This document shows, in pieces, positions 25,332 to 32,000 of a stretch of DNA of 32,000 bases. The stretch's first letter is position 1; each line of letters opens with the position of its first letter. A program made the position numbers and the translations under genes. Where the stretch lies: positions 79,365 through 111,364 of the forward strand of contig JAJRVL010000011.1 of assembly GCA_024277355.1 (NCBI GenBank), read 5' to 3'. The notes beneath the pieces were generated by a model that was not told the origin of the DNA, did no database searches, and was given only the letters and a program-made list of their open reading frames with translations. Source of the DNA: an archaeon. Its GTDB lineage: Archaea; Iainarchaeota; Iainarchaeia; Iainarchaeales; 1-14-0-10-31-34.

Positions 25332-25676
25332 TTAAAGCAGTACGCCGTGTAAAGAGGTTACTTTGAATTCGTCTTCCACAAATTTTTTCCGGAAGATGCC
25401 TCCCCCAAAAACACTTAATTCAACTTCTTTTATTTTTCCTTCAACACTTCTTATTGACGCTCTTTGAACTTTGTTTTCAGAAAACGCCTGCTTTAATCCT
25501 GACATTATATCTTCGCCGTCTTCAAATTCCATTGTAATCGTTTTTTTTCCTTCCATAAAAACAACCCCTGCTCTATTTTTATTTGTACTTAATACAATAA
25601 ACCTAAATAAAACTAAATAAAAATAAATTGCTTTAATCCCAACAAAACATGAAAATTTATTAACAAAAACAAACAT
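25332..25676 (-). CDS. PPC (DUF296)-like protein, N-terminal part ending at an in-frame TAA (likely ATG start at 25556)
   Basis: MEGKKTITMEFEDGEDIMSGLKQAFSENKVQRASIRSVEGKIKEVELSVF...FKVTSLHGVLL* resembles the first half of a PPC domain. The upstream 40 codons of the ORF are hydrophobic junk. Confidence 0.55.
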   Translation of the reverse strand: MFVFVNKFSCFVGIKAIYFYLVLFRFIVLSTNKNRAGVVFMEGKKTITMEFEDGEDIMSGLKQAFSENKVQRASIRSVEGKIKEVELSVFGGGIFRKKFVEDEFKVTSLHGVLL

Positions 25677-25686
25677 ATTTTATGTT

Positions 25687-26544
25687 ATGTGTGAAGAAAA
25701 AAAATTAAATGAAGAACAAAAACAATTTGTTGAGAGATTAAGAGAAGAGTTGATTATTGGTGGTTATTCTGAAAGAACAACAAAAATGTATCTCCATTAT
25801 TTAAATGATTTTTTTAAGGAAACCGAAAAAACTGTTAAAGAAATATTAAGAGAAGATATTGTAAAATATTTGGCTGCAAAAAGAGAAAAAAGTCATCTGA
25901 CAAATGCTTCACTAGCATTAATTCATGCGTCTTTAAAATTCTTTTTTGACGGAATTCTGAAAAACAAAGTAATGGATGAAATAAAAATTCCAAAAAAAGA
26001 AAAAAAACTGCCTACGATTTTAACTCCGAGAGAAATCAAAATATTAATTAAAACTGCAAAAGCTGGAAGAGACCGAACCATAATCGAATTTCTTTATTCA
26101 ACTGGAATAAGAGTAAGTGAGTGTGCAAATATGAAAATATCAAGTTTAGAATTAAATGAAGGGGTTGCAAGAGTAAAAGGAGGAAAAGGAAAAAAAGATA
26201 GAATAATAATTTTATCAAAAAAATGGATTCATAACTTGAAAAAATACTTGAAAAGAAAAAAAATAACATCTGAGTTTGTTTTCTCTAAAAAAAATGGAAA
26301 ACCAATCACAGGAGACACTATAGAAAGAATGGTAAAAAAATATGCAGAGAAAGCAGGAATCCAGAAAACTGTTACCCCACATGTTTTAAGACATTCTTTT
26401 GCAACTCATTTACTTGAAGGTGGTGAAAACATTAGAAAAATCCAGGAATTATTAGGGCATAGCAATTTGGCTACAACTCAAATTTATACTTTTGTTTCAA
26501 CTGAAGAACTCAAAAAAGTTCAAAGCCCTTTAGATAAGCTTTAG
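25687..26544 (+). CDS. xerA: tyrosine recombinase XerA-like
   Basis: An N-terminal SAM-like domain, then ARVKGGKGKKDRI, HVLRHSFATHLLEGGENIRKIQELLGHSNLATTQIYT. 285 aa. Confidence 0.85.
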   Translation: MCEEKKLNEEQKQFVERLREELIIGGYSERTTKMYLHYLNDFFKETEKTVKEILREDIVKYLAAKREKSHLTNASLALIHASLKFFFDGILKNKVMDEIKIPKKEKKLPTILTPREIKILIKTAKAGRDRTIIEFLYSTGIRVSECANMKISSLELNEGVARVKGGKGKKDRIIILSKKWIHNLKKYLKRKKITSEFVFSKKNGKPITGDTIERMVKKYAEKAGIQKTVTPHVLRHSFATHLLEGGENIRKIQELLGHSNLATTQIYTFVSTEELKKVQSPLDKL

Positions 26545-26588
26545 ACCCTCTAGTTCCAGTAATAAACATAAAATTGCACAAAACACTC

Positions 26589-26620
26589 AAAAAACCATTA
26601 AATTTTATGTATACTTGGTT
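26589..26620 (+). repeat. AAAACCA-N7-TTATGTATA module copy
   Basis: Read directly from the sequence in the xerA downstream spacer. Confidence 0.4.
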
Positions 26621-26657
26621 AAATTTATCTGCCATTACAAAAGCAAACACACAACCC

Positions 26658-26703
26658 AAACCAGCAATTATGTATAATTTCGTTTTTTCGTTTAGTTTCT
26701 ATA
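26658..26703 (+). repeat. AAACCA-N4-TTATGTATAA...GTTTAGTTTCTATA module copy
   Basis: It aligns over about 45 nt with 14424-14469 (AAAACCAGAGTTATGTATAAGACTAAATTTGTTTTAGGTTTCTATA). Confidence 0.5.
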
Positions 26704-26791
26704 AAAAAACTCCAAATCAGGGGGGTTTTTTTGTTTGCTGAACAAAAAGTTTATATATATAAAAGAAGTTATTATTTAATCAATTTTAGAG

Positions 26792-27112
26792 GTGTTTTCA
26801 GTGACAGTAAGATTATCAAAATTATTTGGAATGGATATTTACACTGATAGTGCAGAATATAAAGGAAAAGTTTTTGATTTAGTTATTAACTTAGAAAAAG
26901 GAAGAATTGAGACTATAACTACTGAACCATTAAAAGTTAAATCAAAACAAGAAGCAAAAAAAATAATTAAAGAAAAAAGCGTCCCTTATAAAAACATAAA
27001 ATCTGCAAAAGATATTCTAATAGTTAAAACTGGAAGAGTAGCTGATGTTGAAGAAAACGAAGAACCAAAGTCTCAAAAATCATATTACTCATCTTTTATT
27101 AGAAGACGCTAA
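26792..27112 (+). CDS. PRC-barrel-like small protein (GTG start at 26792 or 26801)
   Basis: LSKLFGMDIYTDSAEYKGKVFDLVINLEKGRIETI fits the PRC-barrel N-terminal pattern. A TATA-like TTTATATATATAAAA sits upstream. Confidence 0.55.
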   Translation: MFSVTVRLSKLFGMDIYTDSAEYKGKVFDLVINLEKGRIETITTEPLKVKSKQEAKKIIKEKSVPYKNIKSAKDILIVKTGRVADVEENEEPKSQKSYYSSFIRRR

Positions 27113-27220
27113 TTCTATTTTTTTATTCTTTTTTTAGCAAACATTTATATTTAGTTATAACATATATATATACATAAAAAAGGTTATAATAATATAATAA
27201 AGCATTAGTGGAACTGAGGG

Positions 27221-27817
27221 GTGTCTGTGAAAGGTTATTTTGTTCAATATAAATTTATTTTGCCTAAAGATGTAAAACATTCATCTTATACTTATCAAAA
27301 GCTATTTAGAGCTATTTATGGTTATTCTCAACAAGTTTCAAAATCCAATGGAAAAACATATGTTTATCATAGACATGGTGTTTTATCAAAAACACCTTTT
27401 ATTAAACATGGAAAAAACTGTGTTGTAATTCCTCAAGAAAAGTTTTCAGATTTAATTAGTTTTTTTAAAACAGGAAAAAACCCAAGTCATTCCTGGACTA
27501 TTAAAGGAGACTGGAAAGCAGTTTATTATTTAAATGAAAAAGAAATTGGCGAAACTGATATTACAGCGTCTTTAGAAAATCTTTTAGATAGAACTTATAT
27601 AGTAAACCCAGCAAAAGAACACGGGCTTTTATTGTCTGAAATGGAAAAACTCAAAGAAAGTGCCGAAAGTAGAAAATCAAAAGACAACGTATTTTCAGAT
27701 GTAATTTTTAATGAAGCAAAAGAAATAATAACTTCTTCTTGGTTTAAGGAAGTTTATTCTAAATCAGAAAAATTAAAATATTTCCATTCACTGTATACTT
27801 TTCTCAAAAGCAAGTAA
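27221..27817 (+). CDS. hypothetical protein (198 aa)
   Basis: GTG start. The N-terminal beta-alpha-beta pattern (YFVQYKFILP...YQKLFRAIYGYSQQV...YVYHRHGVL) is vaguely like the Cas2/VapD fold. No confident family. Confidence 0.45.
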   Translation: MSVKGYFVQYKFILPKDVKHSSYTYQKLFRAIYGYSQQVSKSNGKTYVYHRHGVLSKTPFIKHGKNCVVIPQEKFSDLISFFKTGKNPSHSWTIKGDWKAVYYLNEKEIGETDITASLENLLDRTYIVNPAKEHGLLLSEMEKLKESAESRKSKDNVFSDVIFNEAKEIITSSWFKEVYSKSEKLKYFHSLYTFLKSK

Positions 27818-28207
27818 TCTTTCTTCTTCTTTTTCTTCTATTTTTTCTTTTAATTTAAGTATTAATTCTCTTTTTCTCCATTTTCTTTTTCCACCAACAT
27901 TAGATGATTCAAGTAAACCAACATCAACAAGTGTTTTAATATAAGGATATAAACTTCTGTCGTTTTTGTAGTCAATAGAAAAAAGTTCATTTATTCTTCT
28001 TTTTATTTCATCCATTGGAACCCATTCATCAAAACCAATGACAGATAAAATATGGTGTGCCTGAGTATTATCAACGAGTTTGATATAATCCCATAAACTA
28101 TAAATTTTAGATATTGTTTTTTCTTCATGTTCATAAATTGTTTTTTCTGGTTCTTGTTTTGTCTGCTTAAACACCGAAAAAATACGGTTTAATATGTCTT
28201 TAATCAT
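27788..28207 (-). CDS. hypothetical winged-helix-like protein (139 aa)
   Basis: MDEIKRRINELF...LYPYIKTLVDVGLLESSNVGGKRKW. It overlaps 27221-27817 convergently by 30 nt. Confidence 0.45.
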   Translation of the reverse strand: MIKDILNRIFSVFKQTKQEPEKTIYEHEEKTISKIYSLWDYIKLVDNTQAHHILSVIGFDEWVPMDEIKRRINELFSIDYKNDRSLYPYIKTLVDVGLLESSNVGGKRKWRKRELILKLKEKIEEKEEERLLAFEKSIQ

Positions 28208-28613
28208 TAGTTATCAATATTATAATTACCTTAACTACTTATAAATTTAACTCTTTTTACAATTTTTACGAGTAATTACGAGTAGTTTTAGTTTTTCTAT
28301 TAAGTAATTACTCTGTATTTTGCTCTAAATCGCCAAATAATGCTTGTTTTATGAACTAGTGAGTGTAAGGTAATTTAAGCAGGTTAGCTAAATTTGTTGC
28401 ATTTGTCTTTGTGTTATTTTGGGTTAGTGCTTTTTTCTGTTTTTTAGCAAGTAGTGAGCCGCAATTTTTTTAAGATTTAAAACGAGTTTTTTTTTATTTA
28501 ACTAGTGAGTTAGTGGTTTTTCAGATTTTTAATAAAATCTTGTTTTGTGTTAAAAAGTAAGTGCTTATTTTTTAGTTTTTGGGAATAATTAGATTTTTTG
28601 AGTGTTTTTTTAA

Positions 28614-28688
28614 TAGCGGGGAAAGGATTTGAACCTTTGACCTTCGGGTTATGAGCCCGACGGGCACTCCTGGCTGCCCCACCCCGCT
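28614..28688 (-). tRNA. initiator tRNA-Met (CAT)
   Basis: The cloverleaf folds by hand: AGCGGGG/CCCCGCT acceptor with A1:U72, D stem GGGC/GCCC, anticodon stem TCGGG/CCCGA (three G:C pairs next to the loop CTCATAA), T stem AAAGG/CCTTT. No CCA is encoded. Confidence 0.9.
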
Positions 28689-28910
28689 ATCTTTATTTCT
28701 TTTTTAAGTGCTTATTTGTGCTTTTTTTCTTGTTTTAAGCATTTTATTGAATTTTTTTGCTTTTTAAGTTAATTTTTGTGCTTTTTTTCCGTTTTTTAGT
28801 CTTGTTTTTCTTTTTTTATTTTATGTGTTTGTTTTGTTTTTTTGTCCTAGTTTTTGTGTTTTTTCGCCTTATTTTGAAAGGTTTTTTAACAAATTTTCTA
28901 TTAAATCTAG

Positions 28911-29396
28911 TTATTTTTTGAGTTCTTTAATTCTTTTTTTGTTATCTACAATTTCCATTGCTTTTCCGCATTTTGGGCATTTGAATTGATATTCTGAAGC
29001 AATTTCAAATGGGACATTGTCGCATAATTTTTTACATGTAAAAAACACATAGTCTTTTTCAAATTCAAGTTTTTTTTCTAATTTCTTAATTTCTTCACTT
29101 TGTTCTTCTAATATAAGTTCGGCAATTCTTTTTTCTTTGATTTCCCAGGTATATGAATACCATCCTGTTTTGTTGTTCTTTTTTTTATCATAACAAGCAA
29201 TTCCTCTGTAGTGAAGTCTGTTTAATATTGCTCTTACTTCAGTTATTTTTAATTTGGTTTTTTTTGATATTTCTTCATCGGTAAATTTTTTTTTTTGGTT
29301 TTGACAGGCTTTAATTAAAGGTATTGCATCTTCTCCGCCAGTGTTTATTATAAATTCTTTCGCAATACTTTGTGAAAAAATGTCTTTTCTTGCCAT
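28911..29396 (-). CDS. tfe: transcription factor E, alpha subunit (TFIIE-alpha homolog)
   Basis: A winged helix (TDEEISKKTKLKITEVRAILNRLHYRGI) plus a Zn-ribbon (FFTCKK...FKCPKCG). Confidence 0.85.
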   Translation of the reverse strand: MARKDIFSQSIAKEFIINTGGEDAIPLIKACQNQKKKFTDEEISKKTKLKITEVRAILNRLHYRGIACYDKKKNNKTGWYSYTWEIKEKRIAELILEEQSEEIKKLEKKLEFEKDYVFFTCKKLCDNVPFEIASEYQFKCPKCGKAMEIVDNKKRIKELKK

Positions 29397-29421
29397 ATAT
29401 TTTGTGTTGTTGAATAATAAT

Positions 29422-29961
29422 TTAAACTAATGGGCGTTTTTTAGTTTTTTTTCCTTTTTTTTGTGGAATAATTTTTATTTTGTTATTAGGAAACTTTTTG
29501 TTTAGTTCTTTTCCTTCAAAAACCTCGTGCAGGGTTAATGCTAAAGCAGCAATTTCTGAATGCGGTTGATTTCCTATGGAAATATTGTAGTCGCTTTTTT
29601 CATACACTAATGGAGGGACTTTTTCTGCACCGACGATTATACATATTTTATTTTTTTTTCTTATTTCTTTTATTTTTTTACCTAATAATTCTCCGTACAT
29701 TGTTAAATGAACAATACAGTATTTTTCTTTTTTGATTTTATTTATTTCGTTTTTTATGTTTTCTGCAAACCGTATTTTGAATTTTCCGCCCCAGTTGTTA
29801 ACTATTTTATTAACACTGTCTTCTATTGAATAATCAGTTTCCCCAATTATTGTTATTTTTTCTGCACCTAATGCTCTTGAAGTTAATGCACAATGGGTTG
29901 TTGTTCTGATATCTCTGTAAATTCTGTGCCCTAATCTTAATACTTGAACTTTTTTAACCAT
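29422..29961 (-). CDS. trm56: tRNA (cytidine56-2'-O)-methyltransferase, archaeal SPOUT (aTrm56-like)
   Basis: VLRLGHRIYRDIRTTTHCALTSRALGAEKI matches the aTrm56 N-terminal signature. About 179 aa. Confidence 0.75.
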   Translation of the reverse strand: MVKKVQVLRLGHRIYRDIRTTTHCALTSRALGAEKITIIGETDYSIEDSVNKIVNNWGGKFKIRFAENIKNEINKIKKEKYCIVHLTMYGELLGKKIKEIRKKNKICIIVGAEKVPPLVYEKSDYNISIGNQPHSEIAALALTLHEVFEGKELNKKFPNNKIKIIPQKKGKKTKKRPLV

Positions 29962-31293
29962 ATTATTTTATTGCTTGCTTTGTATTTTTATATTATCTTT
30001 TTTAGGGATATTATGCTTGATATAAAATTAATAAGAGAAAAGCCTGAATTAGTAAGAAAAAATCTTGAGAAAAGGCAGTCAAAGAAATATTTAGAGTTAT
30101 TTGACAACCTGCTTATTGTAGATAAAAAAATGCTTTTTTTGTTAAAAGAAACAGAGGAGTTAAGACACAAAAGAAACACAATCACTTCTGAAGTAAAAAA
30201 GTTATTAACAGAAAAAAAAGACGCAACAGAAAAAATAAAACAAGCAAAGGAAATTCCCTTACAAATAAAAGAAAAAGACCAAAAGTTAACTGAATTAAAA
30301 CAGGAACATAATTCAATTTTATTTAAACTTCCTAATTTACTGCACAAAAGCGTTCCTTTTGGAAAAGATGATTCAGAAAACAAGGAAATAAAAAAAGAAG
30401 GAAAAATTCAAAAACAGGATTTTGATTTAATTCATCATGGAAAACTTGCAGCTGATTTAAACGGAGCAGACTTTGAAAGAGCAGTAAAAATTTCTGGTTC
30501 AGGGTTTTATTTTTTAAAAGGAGATTTAGCTTTACTTGAACAAGCTTTAATCAGATTTGCAACAGATTTGCTGACAAAAAAAAATTATGAATTAATTTTT
30601 CCTCCTCTGCTTATGCGGAGAAAACCATATTCTGGAGTAACTGATTTAAACGACTTTGAAAATGTAATGTACAAAATTGAAAATGAAGATTTATATTTAA
30701 TTGCAACTTCAGAACACCCTTTAGTTTCAATGTATATGGATGAAACTTTAAATGAAAAAAATTTGCCTTTAAAATTTGCAGGAGTTTCTCCTTGTTTTAG
30801 AAAAGAAGTAGGAAAACATGGTTTAGATGAAAGAGGATTATTCAGGGTGCATCAATTTAATAAAGTTGAACAAGTTATTTTTTGCAGGCCTGAAGAGTCA
30901 GAAAAACTTCATGAAGAATTATTAAAGAATTCAGAAAAATTAATGCAGTCACTTAAAATTCCTTATATAGTAGTTAATGTCTGCACCGGAGACATAGGGG
31001 TTGTCGCGTCAAAAAAATATGATGTTGAAGGATATTCTCCAAGAGAAAAAAAATATATTGAAGTAATGTCTTGTTCTAATTGCACTGATTTTCAGTCAAG
31101 AAGACTAAATATAAAATATTATTCCGGAAAAGAAAAAGTTTTTGTTCACACTTTAAATAATACGATGATTGCAACTGCAAGGGCTTTAAGGTTAATTCTT
31201 GAAAATTTTCAGACAAAAAAACACACAGTTAAAATTCCAAAAGCATTACGCCCTTATTTAAACGGTTTAAAGGAGTTAAAGCTAAAAAAGTAA
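29944..31293 (+). CDS. serS: seryl-tRNA synthetase (true start most likely ATG 30013)
   Basis: MLDIKLIREKPELVRKNLEKR, a coiled-coil arm, then class-II motifs (FRKEVGKHGLDERGLFRVHQFNKVEQ, TLNNTMIATARAL). Confidence 0.93.
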   Translation: MNFFNHIILLLALYFYIIFFRDIMLDIKLIREKPELVRKNLEKRQSKKYLELFDNLLIVDKKMLFLLKETEELRHKRNTITSEVKKLLTEKKDATEKIKQAKEIPLQIKEKDQKLTELKQEHNSILFKLPNLLHKSVPFGKDDSENKEIKKEGKIQKQDFDLIHHGKLAADLNGADFERAVKISGSGFYFLKGDLALLEQALIRFATDLLTKKNYELIFPPLLMRRKPYSGVTDLNDFENVMYKIENEDLYLIATSEHPLVSMYMDETLNEKNLPLKFAGVSPCFRKEVGKHGLDERGLFRVHQFNKVEQVIFCRPEESEKLHEELLKNSEKLMQSLKIPYIVVNVCTGDIGVVASKKYDVEGYSPREKKYIEVMSCSNCTDFQSRRLNIKYYSGKEKVFVHTLNNTMIATARALRLILENFQTKKHTVKIPKALRPYLNGLKELKLKK

Positions 31294-31382
31294 GTTTAAA
31301 TACCTTTTTTTACCCAGTTTATTATCTGATTTTCAGAGACAATTTATATTTTTATTGAAGCAATTTTATTTATTGTTGTTCT

Positions 31383-31455
31383 GGGTCCGTAGCTCAGTCG
31401 GTAGAGCACCGGCCTTTTAAGCCGGGTGTCGAGGGTTCGAGTCCCTTCGGACTCG
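31383..31455 (+). tRNA. tRNA-Lys (TTT)
   Basis: Hand-folded cloverleaf: GGGTCCG/CGGACTC acceptor, anticodon loop CTTTTAA. Confidence 0.9.
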
Positions 31456-31457
31456 TT

Positions 31458-31475
31458 TCGCGGTTTTGTCCGCGA
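31458..31475 (+). other. GC-rich hairpin TCGCGG-ttttgt-CCGCGA immediately 3' of tRNA-Lys(TTT)
   Basis: The inverted repeat is read directly from the sequence. Its function (processing or termination) is unknown. Confidence 0.35.
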
Positions 31476-31595
31476 GACGATATACTGTATTCAGTTCAGT
31501 GGTGCTTTGTTTTTTCATTTATTTCTTAAAAGTTTTGTGATTTAATTTTAATTAATCTTAGTTTTTGATCAAACTTTTTCTTAAAAGTTTGTTTT

Positions 31596-31668
31596 GGGCC
31601 CATAGCTCAGTCGGTAGAGCACCAGCCTCTTAAGCTGGGTGTCGAGGGTTCGATCCCCTCTGGGCTCG
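31596..31668 (+). tRNA. tRNA-Lys (CTT)
   Basis: Cloverleaf: GGGCCCA/TGGGCTC acceptor, anticodon loop CTCTTAA. Confidence 0.9.
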
Positions 31669-31762
31669 TTATTCTCATTTATGTGAGTTTAATTGATTGA
31701 AGCGTTCAATCGTTTTGTTTAATATTAATTTATATTGGTTATTCCAATAATATTTTATTTCT

Positions 31763-31836
31763 GAGACTGTAGCTCAGCATGGGAGAGCACACGGCTGAAG
31801 ACCGTGGTGTCGCGGGTCCAAATCCCGCCAGTCTCA
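31763..31836 (+). tRNA. tRNA-Phe (GAA)
   Basis: Cloverleaf: GAGACTG/CAGTCTC acceptor, anticodon stem CACGG/CCGTG, loop CTGAAGA, T stem GCGGG/CCCGC. Confidence 0.88.
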
Positions 31837-31924
31837 TTTTTTTAAATTTAACGATTGTTGCTTTTTTAATTTTTTTTTTGCCTTTCTTTTTTTAAATTCT
31901 TCTCATCTTATTTTGAAAGGTTTT

Positions 31925-32000
31925 ATGAATTCTACTTTAGTTATTGGTTCTCAGTTTGGGGATGAAGGAAAAGGAAAAATAGTTGACTATTTGGCTGAAA
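31925..32000 (+). CDS. purA: adenylosuccinate synthetase, N-terminal 25 codons (runs off the window end)
   Basis: MNSTLVIGSQFGDEGKGKIVDYLAE contains the GDEGKGK P-loop signature of PurA. Confidence 0.8.
   Translation, partial: MNSTLVIGSQFGDEGKGKIVDYLAE

Noticed and set aside
26598-26680. A dif site for XerA at the TTATGTATA motifs next to xerA, which have a TGTATA centre as in bacterial dif.
   Set aside because: The flanking 11-nt arms are not inverted repeats of each other. The same motif also occurs at at least eight other intergenic sites, so it is not a unique dif.
28260-28900. The repeats around tRNA-iMet might form a CRISPR-like array.
   Set aside because: The repeats are short and degenerate, with irregular spacing and no unique spacers of constant length. 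There are no cas genes in the window.

Overview
This is a visibly AT-rich, very compact archaeal chromosome segment. By inference it comes from a small-genome, DPANN-like lineage. I count about 45 protein genes and 4 tRNAs, and see no rRNA, CRISPR array or transposase.

Archaeal markers: TFE-alpha, aTrm56, archaeal-type DtdA, XerA, SerRS, and an initiator tRNA-Met with A1:U72.

Metabolic genes alongside them:
- a bacterial-type MEP isoprenoid cluster (dxr-ispD-X-ispF-dxs)
- a squalene-synthase-like gene
- ppdK, and the glnA/lrp pair
- an IMPase
- a class-I aminotransferase
- a GltB-domain-2 FMN oxidoreductase
- a minimal two-subunit [NiFe] hydrogenase with its maturation protease

Most unusual observations:
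1. Five conserved genes are each broken by exactly one in-frame stop (4x TAA, 1x TGA). The reading frame and conserved motifs continue downstream, and none is broken by a frameshift.
2. A set of lysine-rich proteins shares an N-terminus of the form M-P-(A/P/K)-x-K-K. It includes a tandem 158-aa paralog pair and a second paralog pair.
3. A 1.07-kb ORF-free region (13.6-14.65 kb) has shifted composition and nested dyads.
4. An intergenic quasi-palindrome, TTATGTATAA/TTATACATAA, recurs, often inside a longer AAACCA...GTTTTAG module.
5. Most convergent gene pairs abut stop-to-stop (0-1 nt) or overlap.

All calls come from reading the sequence and recalling family motifs. No searches were run.
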